A stretch of DNA of 64,000 bases from Lama glama (GCA_028534125.1 CM052817.1:100690001-100754000), one strand, 5' to 3'; counted from the first letter of the stretch, positions 27,473 to 42,100 are shown. The notes: generated by a model from the letters alone, not told the origin. Translations and numbers: made by a program.

Positions 27473-27986
27473 CTTGGTGTTATAACTAGTTGAGATATGG
27501 CCCCTCCTAGCTTTAAAAACTACAAAGGAGTTGAGGTGTACGTAATAAAACATTTTCATATTTACCCAAACTCAGAATATTAAATACTTGAGCTCTATTA
27601 TCATCTTTCCACAGTCCATGTCAACAGAAATTAAACTGCCTAATTTAAACAACTGTTGTAAATCTGATGAGACCTCTACAGATCTCAAAAAAAAAAGTCC
27701 TTAAATTTTTGTGACAGCACTTAAACAAATTCCCCCTTTTTTTGTTGTCATTTGGTCTTTCACTGAAATGATGAAATCAGTTTTAGAATACAGACATGTC
27801 CCCACTCCCCAAGTACTCCTGCAGAATACTTGGAAGAATAATGGGGGGCAAGCCATGACTTCAAATATAATACATGTGTCCAAATGTTTGATTACTACAA
27901 ATCCTTTTATCCATAAACAATGTTTGAAATGTTTTTCTTTTTAATTCTGCATGACTATGAAGAATGCCACAAAGAAAATTCAAGTG

Positions 27987-30320
27987 CAGGCATACCTCGG
28001 AAATATTGCAGGCTCAATTCCAGCTACTGCAATAAAGCAAATATCACAATAAAGCAAGTCACATGAATTTTTTGGTTTCCTAGTACATATAAAGTTATAG
28101 TTACACTATAGTATACTCTATTAAGTGTGCAATAGCATTATGTCTAAAAAAATATACATACCTTAATCAAAAAATACTTTATCACTAAAAAACGCTAATC
28201 ATCCACTGAGCTGACAGTGAGCTGTAATCTTTTTGCTGGTGGAGAGTCTTGTCTCCATGCTGATGGCTGCTGACAGACCAGGGTGGTATTTGCTGAAGGC
28301 TGGGATGGCTGTGGCAATTTCTTAAAATAAAACAGTGAAGTTTGCTGTATCAACTGACTCTTCCTTTTACAAATGATTTCTCTGTAACATGTAATGCTGT
28401 TTGATAGCACTTTATCCAAAGCAAAATTTCTCTCAAAACTGAAGTCAGTCCTCTCAAACCCTACTGCTACTTTATCAACTAAGTTTATGTAATATTCTAA
28501 ATCCTTTGTTGTCATTTCAACAATCTTCATAGCATCTTCACCAGGAGTAGATTCCATCTAGAGAAATCCCTTTCTTTGTTCATCCATCAGGAGCAACTCT
28601 TCATCCATTCAAGTTTTATCATGAGATTGCAGCTAATTCAGTCACATATTCAGGCTCCACTTCTAACTCTAGTTCTCTTACTATTTCCACTACATCTGCG
28701 GTTCCTTCCTCCACTGAAGGTTTGAACCCCTCAAAGTCATCCATGAGGGTTAGAATCAACTTCCTTCAAACTCCTGTTAATGTTGATACTTTGACCTCTT
28801 CCCATGAATCACAAATGTTCTTAATGGCATCTAGAATAGGGAATCCTTTCCAGGAGGTTTTCACTTTACTTGGCCCAGATCCATCAGAGGAATCACTATT
28901 TATGGCAGTTGTAGCCTTGTAAAATGTATCTGAAATAATAAGACTTGGAAGCTGTAATCACTCTGTCCATGGGCTGCAGAACGGATGTTGTGTTAGCAGA
29001 CACATAACATTTATCTCCATCAGAGCTCCTGGGCGTCCAGATGCATTGTCAATGAGCAAAAATATTTTGAAAGGAATCTTTTTTTTCTGAGCAGTAGGTC
29101 TCAACAGTGAGCTTAAAATAGTCAACGAACCATGTTGTAAATAGTTGTACTCTCATCTAGGCTTTGATGTTCCATTAATGGAGCACAGGAGAGCAGATTG
29201 AACATAATTCTTAAGGGCCTGATGATTTTCAGAATGGTAAGTACTGGCTTCAACTTAAGTGTCACAAGCTTTATTAGATCCTAATGAAAGTCCTAGATGG
29301 CATCTTCCAATATAAGGCTGTTTCATCAACACTGAAAATTTGTTATTTAATGTAGACACCTTCATTCATTCTCTTAGCTAGATACTGAGGCTAACTTGCT
29401 GCACTTTCTACATCACCACTTATTGATTCTCCTCGTACTTTTGTGTTATGGAGACGGTGCCTTTCCTTAAACCTCATCAGCCAATCTCTGCTGGCTTCGA
29501 ATTTTTCTTCTGCAGCTTCCCCACCTCTCTCAGCCTTCAGGGAATTAAAGAGAACTAGGGCCTTTCTCTAGATTAGGCTTTAGCTTAAATGAAAATTGTG
29601 GCTTATTAGATCTTCTATCTAGACCACTAAAACTTCCTCCATATCAGCAATAAGCCTGTTTCATTTTCTTACTTTTCATGTATTCACTAGAGTAGCACTT
29701 TTAATTTCCTTCAAGAACTTTTCCTTTGCTCACAATTTGGCTAACTTGCACAAGAGGCCTAGTTTTCAGCCTATCTCAGCTTTAGCATGTCTTCCTCACT
29801 ACACTTTACTGTTTCTAACTTTTGATTTAAAGTAAGAGACATGTAACTCTTCCACTCACTTGAACACTGGGACCACTGCAGGGTTATTAATTGCCCTGAT
29901 TATAACGTTGTTGTGCCTCAAGGAATAGGGAAGTCTGAGGAGAGGGAGAGAGATGGGGGGAATAACCAGTTGGTGGAGCAGTCAGAACACAGAGCATTTA
30001 CCAATTAAGTTTGCCATCTTATATGGGTATGGTTTGCGGTGTCCCAAAACAATTGCAAAAGTAACATCAAAGATTACTGATCACAGATTATCATAACAAG
30101 TATAATAATAATGAAAAAGTTTGAAATATTCCAAGAATTACTAAAATGTGACACAACGACATGAAGTGAGCTAATGCTGCTGGAAAAAGGCACCAACAGA
30201 CTTAATTCAGGGTTGCCACAAACCTTCTATTTGTTAAAAAATAAAATAACAAAAACAAAAACCACAATATCTGTAAAGCACAATAAAGAAAGATGCAAAA
30301 CAAAAATATAGTATTCTTAT
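27987..30320 (-). mobile_element. Near-full-length Tigger1 DNA transposon fossil (pogo/TcMar)
   Basis: TIR CAGGCATACCTCG at 27987; ORF 28195-28557 ([29 protein letters not shown]...) matches the Tigger1/TIGD1 transposase C-terminus; degenerate other end near 30280-30320. Confidence 0.93.
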
Positions 30321-30529
30321 AGTTCTAAGCAGCTCTGTCCAGGGTTCATGATTCATACATAAGTCCTCTTAGAGCAGCTCCTGTGACACTAGCATTATCA
30401 AAAAAAAAGGCTATAATCTTTGGTCTCAAGTCACCAAAATATTTTAAGCAAGTATATTACCAACTCTCAAAGTTTTAATTTCCAGACATGGAAGTACATA
30501 GTATATAACCAACTATCAAAGTTTAATTT

Positions 30530-32980
30530 CCAATACATTAGCTATTGGCTGCATGTGACTAGTGAACACTTGAAATGTGACTACCATTACTGAGGAATTG
30601 AATTTTTATTTAATTACAATTAATTTTATCTAAATTTAAAAGCTGAAGCAATGTAAAATAGCTTTATACAAAAGAAAAATGTATTGTTTTGGTCTATTCA
30701 GCATCAACTATTCAACTAGAATGACTTTTTTCTATACACCAATATAATAATAGTGTAAAGCATTTACTGAACCTTTTTTTGCAAAGAACACAAATTGCAG
30801 TGATATCTATGTAAATCATAATTGATAACCAAATGGAGATACTCTTTCATTTTAATTTTTACTTTAATTTTTAAATTGTAATACATTTTGAATTAAGTTG
30901 TTTTAACTTTTTGGGCAGGACAAAAGGGGAGGGTGTTTAAACAAAATTTCTAAATTAAAACAAAGGCATTCTACCCATGCAGAATTAAGTGGAGTTACAG
31001 TGAAATTAGTACTACCACCAGTACAGTAAAGTAAGACTGGAAGAAGGTAATGCACAAATTTTAACATGAACAATCATCACAATTAGCTGTGGTACAGCAA
31101 AATAAAAAAGCTGTTTCTTACATTAAAAATATTTTAAATAAAAGTAGACAATATGAAGAGACATTTTCAACAAACACATAGTAAGTTTTCATAAGTTTCC
31201 TAAGTCAAAAGGGGAGCAACAAAGTTATCCACCTGATACCAGAATTAAATGTCCAACAAACATTTTTAAAAGATTTTTAAAGGATCTGAGCGTATTACTC
31301 TGGTCAGCTATAAAATGGCCAGGATTCCTGCAAAAAGAAAGGGAGGGAGGGAGGGAGAGAGTAGGAGGAAAGGAGGGAGGGAGGGAGGGAGGAACGAACC
31401 ATATTTAAATGGAGAAGTGATAAAGAAATTATTTCAATTATAGATATTCTGTTAGAAAATTATGAGGAATACTAAAAAGGATATTTTACAAAAAGTAGAA
31501 GGCCTTCAATTAAGCCACCAAACAACTGTCCATCATATAGAAGACCTTTCTAACAATATAAAAATCAATAGATTCAAAATTTGAGACATTAACTTTTCTT
31601 TTAGCTTTAGATAAGCCATGTGATACAAGAGATAGTACCAAATTACAACTTGAGGCACGTTTTGTTTGAAAAAACTTCCAAATTTAAGGAGAAATGTCAA
31701 TATGTACCTTTAAAAATCAAAATTGTGGCAAAGGTATTTTTTCCACCTTTTACACCTGTCAAGAATTTCAGCTATATATTAAAAAATCAGTTTCTTTCTC
31801 AACAGACAGCTCCAACCATGATAGGTCAAAAATCCACTTAACTAAAATTTTTAAATCTGTATGATATACACTGAAAATATCTGTGCTCAGCTTTTTAAAG
31901 CTATGAAAAGTGGCATGGATTAAGTTGTTAAAGTTGATAAGCATGTATATGCAAATAATATGAAACCTAGCTAGTTTACACAACTGTTAAACAAATAGAA
32001 GATAATACATTTAAGAATCTTGTGTTCTTTACTCAGTGGTTGAATAGAGGAAGAATTCCACAAAGATTTGCTGTATTACTAACTCTGATTCAAGAAAAAG
32101 TGTTGTTTTCAACATTCAATAATCAAAGACAAAAATGGCAGTACTCTGTTTTTTCACTGGTACCTCACTACACTTAAACAAGCATAACCTGAAGTATCAA
32201 AGAAAGAAAAAGTTTATTTATGACTTAGTTACACAGGTATAGAAATTTATGTTGAAATTGATAGTTTCCATAATACCAATCAATAATAAAGATTTTATAC
32301 TTTTCCCTAATGTGAATCAATATACAGACTATTTTAATTATGATGGACAGTGTTATGAAAACTGGCTGCAAAAATGACTAGAAATAGCTGAACACTTTGT
32401 TGCTTTGATTGAATTTAGAGTTGCTTTTCAACTTATGCAATATCCTTAGGAATCTGATGTTAATAATACTAAGCTGACACAAGAGTTAGTAAATTTGCTT
32501 AATTTAAGTAGCACAGATTTGAAACTGTTAAGATTTTGCTTCAAATTCTACTAAAAAACATGAACAAGTTTTATCACATTAGATTAAAATACTAAAAGAA
32601 ATTTATTTTTGGCACTTAATTCAGACATTAAAAAGCATAAATTTGTTTGGAAAAACGTAGGCATGTGAATCTACTTTTTCAACCATAAACTTTATGAGGT
32701 CTAAATGAAGATCAAGTATTTCTGATGAAAATTTGGTGCTCAAATCAAGTGGTTCAAAATATCTACTAGGTTTCAAAAAATTAGTCTAAAAAAGAAATGT
32801 AAAATATCTCAATACTTTTATATCGTATAAATGTTAGAATGATATATTCTGAATATGTCAGATTAAGTAAAATATATTAAAATTACATCTAGCCTTATTT
32901 TTACTCTTTTAAAAATGAGGCTACTAGAAATGTTTAAATTACATATATGGCTCAAATTATATTTCTATCACACAGTGCCA
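30530..32980 (+). mobile_element. Near-full-length hAT Charlie element with MER3/MER33-type ends (Charlie5-like), decayed transposase
   Basis: Left end gaacacttgaaatgtgact...gaggaattgaattt; right end gctactagaaa...tttaaattacatatatggctc...atttctat; internal remnants KVDNMKRHFQQTH, TLVSYKMARI, LQLSHQT..HIEDLS. Confidence 0.8.
31340..31392. repeat. (GGGA)n simple repeat inside the Charlie element
   Basis: Seen directly. Confidence 0.9.
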
Positions 32981-33749
32981 TTTTAGGCAAGATTAACTAA
33001 AGAGGAACATAATTAAGTTCTTGCAAGAGGAGCTCATTCTTTAGAACAACACTATCAACTACTAAAAACTTACCCTGGAAGTTCACATTACAATAACCCA
33101 TCACACTATATGCACAACACACAGTGAACAAGTCTCAGCAACAGGATATAAATTTGCCCAAGAAAAGATTCAGTATTTGCAGATGGATGGGTAAAAAAAA
33201 TACAAAAGGAGGCTTCAGTATTATAACAGCTATATAGTCTTTTATAAAAACTAAAACAGGAGAGAATCATTCTCTAGGAAACTGGCTGCAGAATATAACA
33301 GAAGTGAAATATAAAAAGATAAGGAAAGTAATAAAATTAGGTGCTTAAGGTAAACACAAACTATACAGCAGCAAAAAAAAAAAAAGTAATACTATAATAG
33401 CTAAATGTTCCAATTTTGCTGCAACAGGGATAAGCATCTCATATCCTGTATTAAGGACATCATAAGGGTAGACCCACATGAAAAAATAGAAAAACAAAGA
33501 AAAAGTATAGTACTTTCTAAGTTAGTGAATTGAATTGCAAGTTATTAGAGAAGAGAAACAAACCTTGTGCATCCTCACATGATACTAAATTTACTTCTTT
33601 ATAATTTACTAAGTGTAGTATTTTAAATGTTTAAGGTTACTCATAATTTTAGTTCTATCCAGAATAAAAAGTTAAAATAGCACTTAAAAGTACCTAAAGA
33701 GGTCTTTTTAAGTAAATTAAACAGCATGAGAAATTTACATTCAAAACAA

Positions 33750-34995
33750 CATAATACATAAGAATGGATGTATATACCAATGGAACAAAACTGAAAGTCC
33801 AGACATTAAACCATAAATCTACAGCCAAGTGATTTTCAATAAGGGTTCCAAGTTCACTCAATGGAGAAAGAATGGTCTCTTCAACAAATTGTGCTGTAAC
33901 AACTAGATTTCCACATGTGAATGAATGAAGTTGACCCCTGCCTCACACCATATACAAAAGTTAACTCCACATGGATCAACAATCTCAATATAAAGGCTAA
34001 AATCAGAAAACTGTTACATGAAAACATAGAGTTAAGTCTTCGTGATCTTGGATTGCCATGATCCTGGCAATAAACTCTTAGATATGACATCAAAGTACGA
34101 GCAACAAAAGAAAAATAGATAAATTGGACGTCATCAAACTTAAAATTTTCGTACATCAAGATATTATCAATAAAGTAAAAATATAACCTACCAAATGGGT
34201 GAAAATATTTGTAAGCCATATATCGGATAAGGGTTTAATATCCAGAATATATAAAGAATTCTTATAACACAATAACAAAAAGACAAACAATTCAATTTTG
34301 AAATGGGCAAAGGAGTTGAAGAGACATTTCTTCAAAGGAGATACACATATGGACAAAAAGCACATAAAAAAATGCTTAACATCATTAGTTATTAAACAGA
34401 TGCAAATGAAAATCACAATGAGACACCACACCTACTAGAACAGCTATAATTATTTTAAATTTTAATACATTCTTAAAAAAAAATAAGCACTGGCAAGAAC
34501 ATAGATAAACTGTAGCTTGTTGGTGCAATATACAACAGCACATACACTGCGGAAAATAGTCTGGCAGTTTCTAAGAAAGACAAATATAGAATTACAATGA
34601 GACCCTGAAATTCCATTCCTAGGTATACATCCAATGGCTGAAAAGAAAGGGCTCAACAAATACTTATACACCAACATTCATTGCAAGCCTTCCTGACAAC
34701 AGGCAAAAGGTGAAAATAACCCAAATATATATCAATAAATGAACGGATGAACAAAATATGATATATATATATATACAACTGACTATTATTCAACTATAAA
34801 AAAGAATGAAGTTCTAACATACATGCTACAGCATGGATGAAACAGGAAAACACTACGTTAAGTGAAATAAGCCAGACAAAGGGGACACATATTGTATGAG
34901 TCTCCACTTCTATGAAATATCTAGAATGAACAAATTTATAGAGACAGAAAGTAAATTTGAGGCCTACCAAGTTCAAGGAGAGGAGAAGAATGTAG
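33750..34995 (+). mobile_element. L1MB-like ORF2 3' end and 3' UTR
   Basis: ctcttcaacaaattgtgctg; cctcacaccatatacaaaagttaactc; aaatgggcaaaggagttgaagagacatttc; aagtgaaataagccagac. Confidence 0.92.
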
Positions 34996-35114
34996 AGTTA
35001 ATCTTCAAAATATCTCAATACCCCTACAAGCTAGGTAAAACAGATAACATAACACAGCAGAAGGATAAACTGGCACCAGTAATTTGAAACAATTTATAGG
35101 AAATATATGGAGTA

Positions 35115-35260
35115 ATGTTTCTCCTGCATCAGGATCACCTGGAGGGCCTGTTAACACAAACTACTTCCTCTGAGTAGCTCCTGACAAGGTTAAATTCCTA
35201 ACTAGTTCCAACATGAGGGTGACACTACTAATGTTAGGGGATCCAGTTTGAGAGCCACTG
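35115..35260. mobile_element. MER5A-like MITE
   Basis: gcatcaggatcacctggagggcctgttaa ... tttgagagccactg. Confidence 0.7.
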
Positions 35261-35929
35261 GTAAAGACAGGTTACAGATAAATTCAAGATAAATTAATGA
35301 AGAGTATGAATGAAGTCTGTGGTGCCAAAACAACTCAGTCTAAGAACATGGGGCTCTAATGCCTCCCTTAGTTAAAAGTTCTAGGAACTAAAGGCTTGTA
35401 AATAATGCCTCACAATTTTTCTTTTCCAGTATTCTAGAGACTGCAAATTGGAAGTCACGGTCTGTGACAGGTATCTAATGTATATTGTGTACTAAGAACA
35501 AACACGTGTTTTAGAAGTTAAATGAGCAGAAGAGACTGAAATCTTTTGTAGACATTGTAAAGCCTAATCAAAAATGTACTCTGGATAGACGGCCAACCCA
35601 CCTTCTTGGAAGTGAACCAAGAGAAAACTTAAGGCAAAGTCAAGATTTTTCTTAAGCAAAAAAAATTGAGATCACTATACTAAAAAGATGAAGGATATAA
35701 ACATTTCTATACCATAAGCATTGGAAGGAAACTCCTGGAAAAGTTCTTTTAACTGTTTTTATCAAATACCCAATGAAACCAAAGAAAATTTTCAACCATG
35801 TTTCCATGAAGTAACATATTTGATACAATGCAACCTGTGCAGAAATCCTCCAATTTTAATTAGTGCAAGATCAATCTGCTGCAAACTAAACAAAGTCTGC
35901 TACAAAGAGAATTACTGAATATAAACTAA

Positions 35930-37110
35930 CTTCTGTACAGCAGGGTTACCTGTCCACATCATCCAAAGTGGTTTAAAGTCAGGAAGTTTTTTAAAAGACA
36001 GTGAGATACAAGCATCAGGGAAAGGGCATGGAATAATTCCAATCGTTGAAAAAGGAACCAATGTTCCTTGGTGAAATGGCTGATTCCAGGGCTAGTGCAG
36101 GGAATGCACAAGATGAGCCTGGAACATTCTGTGATACTATAAAGTCAGTCAATTCTCAAAAAATGATGGTCCTGGAGCCTCCATGAAGGGGTTCCCTAGG
36201 GCCAAACCTAGAATAATTGGAGCACCAAAATACGTAATGATGGCAATAGATTAAATCCATAGGATAAGAATCTGTAAATCCATTTGATATAAGTAGAATA
36301 AAAAATCCTTAAGCCTATTCCGATATAAACAAAAAACTGAACACGTATGTAAGAAGGGAAAGCTTTTCTTTAAAAGAGATCCAACCAATAAATGTTGACG
36401 GAATGATGGAAACAGAAAAGCACCGTTTGGCAAACACCACAGTAATAATACCATTTCAGGTAAGAATCATCAATGAAAGTAAAAACTAGAGAGCATAATG
36501 AAAAATAAGATAATTACCTGGTCACAAAGTATTTTCCTAGAGAACACTTATTAATTACAAAGGAAAAGCGAACTACAGCAGACAAACCCAACTGTATCAC
36601 CTTAATCAGCTGAACAAAATTAACATCACTGGTCATTGTACAAATCAGTATCATGTACCTCCTATTAAGCTTAATAACATCACTTTTATAGTATTCTTAA
36701 CCAAAAATGTTTAACATTCATTGAATTATGGGGAAACCACACAAATTCAAATTGTGCGACATTCTACAAAATTATTGACCAGTACTCTTTAAAGTATAAT
36801 GGTCATGAAAGACAAAGAAAGATCTTGGAATTGTTTCAGATTAAAGAAAACTAAGGGGAGACATGACAACTAAAATGCAACTACATCAGACCCTGGAAAG
36901 AGAAAGCACATTAGTGAGACAACTGGTGAAACCTGAATACAGCTTTAAGATTAGATAACAGTATTATATCCATGTTTAGTTTCCTGATTTTGGTAACTAC
37001 ACTGTCACTGTGTAAGATGTTAACATTTGGGGAACCTAGATGAAGACTATATGGGAATTCTTTGTAATATTTTTGCAGTTTTTTTCTGAGTTTGACCAAA
37101 AAAAGTAAAA
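35930..37110 (+). mobile_element. L1MC/MD-like long 3' UTR
   Basis: gaaatggctgattccagggct; gacattctacaaaat; ends gatgttaacatttggggaa ... tttttgcagttt. Confidence 0.85.
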
Positions 37111-38034
37111 CCACCAATAAAACAAAGCTAATAAATCAGAATACAGTCTTGTTTTTATACCATATCAAATTAACTCTGTATCTGTGAAGAAACTATTACT
37201 TTTGACCCAGACTTTCATGGGGATAGTAAGACATGTTCTAGGGTAGATATTGAGGTTAAATAATTTAAACTACCACTGTTTCTTGCTAAAGGAATGAGAA
37301 GATAAAGAGAAGCCAACAAAATCAGAAATAATCTTATATAATTCCTGGCAAAATTTTCATAATAGTAGTTTTCAACTGGGTGCAATACTATCCCCTTAAT
37401 AACTCTTGACGATGCTTTCTGAGTCAGTAATTATACACAACTGTAGCACAATGGCATCATAATGGGGGAGGGGACCAGAAAAGCATGGGACTGTCTCAAG
37501 TCTTATCCAAAAAAAAAAATACTAATGGCACCCTTACTGCCACATACTCCCTAGAGGATGGTGGAAAAGGTGATTGTGGGCAACAATGAAGAGTGCATTT
37601 GTTACCACTGTTAAATGTCAGTCTGAGAGGCCCAGATCTACAGAACCTCCTGCTCAGGAAGGTGCAAGTGCTTATTATAAGTCAAACAACCATGCAGGCA
37701 GTCAGCTGCGATTTTAAACTGAGGTCTCCTGTGCTCCTTGAAGTATGAGGAAGGAAAAACGCAAAGCAGAAGACTTTCCTAGATATAGCAGGTAACAAAC
37801 TTTCTCAATACTCATGAATGGGAAGTATATACACCAAGATATTCACTGCAGCATTTTTCTATACTAAAAAATACTGGGAACAAGTTAAACATCCAGTAGT
37901 TAAATTATAACATACTTCACCATCTTGCTGGAAGAGTTAGAGAAAGTTTAACAGCTCTCTTGTTAATAAACACTAAGTTACAGACTACAGTTTTGCAGAA
38001 TTATCAGAACAAAGAATTTTCATCTCTAAAGAAT

Positions 38035-39270
38035 TCACCTTTCAAATAAAATTGTATGAGTATACCCGTAGTACTAAATTCCTGGAAGTACATACAACTC
38101 CTGAGTCAAAGGCATATGCACCTTGTTTCCACAGATAATGTCAAATTGCTCTCCAAAAAGGCTGCATACATTTACACTCCCAACAACGGGGGAAGGAGCA
38201 CAAAAGAGTGATACAGATCTCTCCAATCACAGGTCAAGCCCAATAAGGTGCAAAAGCAGAACTAGACCTTTTGTAACTAAAAATACTTTAGGAAAGCTAT
38301 GAGCTTGACCCAAGATGATGTTAAGGAGCAATTAAAGAAAATTCAAAAAACAGTGATTGGGGAAAAAAATGACTTTCATGACTATACTCACTCAGTTCTG
38401 TCTATTTAGTAAAAAGGCTAACCTCAAAATCCTTTTATATTATCTTTTGTTTAATTTTTAAATTATTTTTATATAAAGAGTGACACAATGAACATTTGTT
38501 TTTTGGTTTTTTGGGGGTTTTTTGGTCAATTAGAAAGTTGTTGCAACATAATTATCCATCTTTCCCCTCACCAATATGAAATGCTGTCTGCGATAAATAC
38601 CTATGTATATCAGGGTCTCTTTTTTAGTACTTTTTATTTCACCCTAGAGTGTTTTACCTACTATCATTTCATGATACTTCTCAATAAGCACACCTACAGG
38701 CTTCAGAATGCAAAGCTTCTCAAAGGACTGATCCAGAAAATAAAGTCTGGAATTCTATTATTTCTCTCAAAAAAGAAGTTGGCATGACTTCTCTCCCCTT
38801 CTGTTCACCAAATGCAATATGAATATAACAGAGAGTCCAAGAGCTTAGAAACACCTAGATTAGCATCCTGACCCTGCACTGGTTGCATGACCATGAGCAA
38901 TTACTTAAAACTTCTGATCTTCCATTTTTTCACTTATAAACAAAGTCCAAACATCTACACATTGTTTCCTTTTTCTCATTTATATTCCCTTATCTCTTTT
39001 TCTAAGTATAGCTAATCAAATTTCAAGTGGATATACCTTTTAGAGAAATTACCTCGCAGGAAAAAAAAATGAGAACATTCTCAATATACTATTATGAAAA
39101 GATTTCTAGGGTAAACTGAAATTTTCTTAAAAAAATCTATATACTATGCTCTCTTTTCTATGTAATGGGAGAGAATACCATTGTGTGTTTGTATTTGTCT
39201 GCTTGTGTGTATGCATAAAGACATTCTGGAAATTATTTTTAAGTTGATGTAAAAATATTTCCTTTTTAAC
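38035..39270. mobile_element. Mixed old L1ME fragments and a MIR (about 38830-38960)
   Basis: caaattgctctccaaaaaggctg...tacactcccaac (L1, minus); tgaccatgagcaattacttaa (MIR core). Confidence 0.6.
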
Positions 39271-39884
39271 TATTTCAGACATATCAAAAGGAGAAGATTA
39301 ACTTCATCTGGATTTAAAAAAACAAAAACAAAAAACAAAAAAAAAAACCTGAGGCCTCAGGAAAAAAAAACAGTGTTAAACAGAAAATGAATGATCTGAA
39401 TGAGTTCCATGTATCAAATACTGATTCAAATGAGGTTTTTTTTTTCACATTATATGAAAATGAATGTCTCTGTTTGACATTATGGACAAATCCAGAAAAA
39501 AATTCTTTATTTTACAATAATGCTTCTCTTTACTCTGTTCTAATAGTTGCCTTTCTAAAATTCTCCAGACTATCTACTTATCTATCTCTTTGGTTAGTAA
39601 ATGAAGTTTTCATTAAAAATTTAAATCATTGTAAAATGAATTCAACTGATGAATTTATTGTCTGCATAATCTATCATTTATATGTAGCACATACTTTAGA
39701 CATAGTAAAACATAACAATGGAAAAGAAGGGTGGATAGGAAAGTAGCTGACTTTTAATGAAAACTAAGTATCTTCTAATATGCTGTATAAGCAATATGGA
39801 GCCATTGAAAGTTTGGACAAGAATAAGGAATGACATGAAGAAAGTAATGTTTTTGGAGAATGAATGTAATCACAATAACTGGGG

Positions 39885-40346
39885 GATTATTCATAATAGC
39901 CAAAAATTGAAGACAACCTAAATATCCGCCAACTGAAGAATGAATAAACAAACATGGTATCACCATACAGTGGAATATTATTCAGTCATAAAAAGAGTGA
40001 AGTGCTGATGCATGGTTCAACACAGAAGAACCTTGAACATCATGCTAAGTGAAAAAGGCCAAACACAAAGCGATATACTGTATGATTCCACTTACATGAA
40101 ATGTCCAAAATAGGCAAATCCACAGAAATAGAAAGTAGATTTGTGGTTGCCAGGGAACTGGGGAGAGGGGAAATGGGAAGGGATTGTTAATGGGCATGGG
40201 CTTCTTTTTGAGGTGATGAGAATGCTATAGCATTCGATAGTAGTGATGGGTGCAAAACTTCATGGATATACTAAAATCCACTAAACTGTATATTCCAAAA
40301 GGGTACATTTTCTGGTATGTGAATTATATCCCAATAACACAAAAAA
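39885..40346 (+). mobile_element. L1MB-type 3' end
   Basis: ttattcataatagccaaaa ... gaaatgtccaaaataggcaaatcc ... ggtatgtgaattatatcccaata. Confidence 0.92.
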
Positions 40347-40944
40347 GCTGGGTGTGTGTTGTGTAAAACACTGCCGGCAGAAATAGAAAGTAAGTATAAT
40401 GGTTTAGCAATGAGTATGTAAAAGCCATCAAGGCTTCTACTGTTAACCCTGTCTAGGGAGGACCATTCAGATACCTGAACTCCACACAGAAACCCTCACA
40501 GAGAGCCTATGGTAAAATACAGCCTGGGACCCTGAATGAATAAATTTAAGCAAAGAGGCAAAAAGACTGTCAATAACTCTTAACAAATAAATGAATATGA
40601 GGAGGAAGGAATTAAGACAAAAAGGAATCTACTTTCTCTTTGATTTAAAATGAAATTCATGAAGAGGAAATTCAACATTTATCATCTTTGGATTAAGGAA
40701 TAAAGGCAATTTGTAGTCTCTTATCCAGACTTTTCCAAATTTTCAACAATAAGATTACCTGTATGAGGAAAATGTATAAAAATGTATTTGCTTTTTTGAA
40801 CAAAATACTTTATATCACAATCATAGAAACCATTCTGAAACACTCAAGACCTAACCTATTAGAGTCAAGCATTGTTAAAGCCAGTGTCTTGTGAAGTCCA
40901 TACACTATTGTCTTAATGGGAAAAAAAAGTTCATAATCTACATC

Positions 40945-41247
40945 TTCACTGTCCAACATGCCAGCCAAAAGCTAGTGAGCACTTGAAATGTGGCTAAGTC
41001 TACACTGAGATGTGGTCTAAGTACAAAATAAACCCAGATCTCAAAGAGTTAGCACTAAAAAAAGAATCTAAAATATCTCATTAATAAGTTTTCATAGTTT
41101 CATATTGATTGTATGTTGAAATGACAATATTCTTGATATATTAAATAAAATGTATTATTAAAATTAATGTCACCTGTTTCTCTTTAGTTTTTTAATATAG
41201 CTACTAGACATACGGCTTGCATTTTATTTCTATTGGACAACGTTGTA
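40945..41247 (+). mobile_element. MER33 non-autonomous hAT element
   Basis: cactgtccaac ... gagcacttgaaatgtggct ... attaaaattaatgtcacctgtttc ... tttctattggacaacgttg. Confidence 0.85.
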
Positions 41248-41884
41248 TTAAATGGCAGCTAAATGAGCTTTCTGAGAGCTTCATGAGTCCTCCCTTGGTT
41301 CCCTTTTTCCTATGCTCCAGGAAGTAAGACTTTTCCCAGAGTGTTTCCTGCACTAGAAAACACTGCACACTTCAAGCAACATGAAACAAGCAATAATCCT
41401 AAGAAGTGACTAGCAGGGAAGACTCTTATGCTTCCTAAAATTCAAATTGTACTATGAATCTTAAGAAAAAACTGAGATGAGTACATTCTGGGATTCTCTT
41501 GGGCGTTAAGACTATCTTAAGTAACAGGTGAAAAGCTTCAGACCATAACAATGTGAAATTGTTTAGGAGCCTGGAACTTCTAGCTGAAAACTGCTTCTGT
41601 TGATGGGCCTTACAAAGACAGTAAATAGAGTAGTGGACTTGGAAGCCGTACACGCACACATATGGGGTAGGAGAGCCAACTCTGAGTAAGCGGCAAAAAA
41701 ATACCTAGGCAAAGCAGAAGTCAAGAACATCCCAGAACAGTCTTCAGAAAGCTTCAAGGACAATCATTCTACTCCCACACTGAAAGAAAAAGCCTAAGAC
41801 CTAATAAGGAAACAATTTCTCTTAAGAATAAGGGGGTCTAAAGAAAACACAAAAATTAAGAATACTGTCTCCATATCCTTTTTT

Positions 41885-42100
41885 TCTCACTTAAATACCA
41901 GGAAATACTAACTAATCTACAATAACAAAAAACCGAATCAGTGATTGCCCAGGGATAAGGGACTGACTCTTTTGAGGCTGATGGAAATGTCTTCACTGTG
42001 GTAGTGGTTTCATGTATATACTTGTCAAAACTCATCAAATGAAAACACTACATGAATGCAGTTTACTATATATATTATATCTCAATAAAGCCGATTGAAA
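41885..42100 (+). mobile_element. L1MC/ME-like 3' end
   Basis: gaatcagtgattgcc ... cttgtcaaaactcatcaa ... tatatctcaataaagc. Confidence 0.8.

Noticed and set aside
27097..27559. KRKEK-rich and FFSFL-rich ORFs
   Set aside because: Translations of the N gap and the (GAAAA)n array.
28195..28557. TIGD1-like ORF as a domesticated gene
   Set aside because: Only the C-terminal fragment is open; the rest of the transposase is disrupted and a TIR remains.
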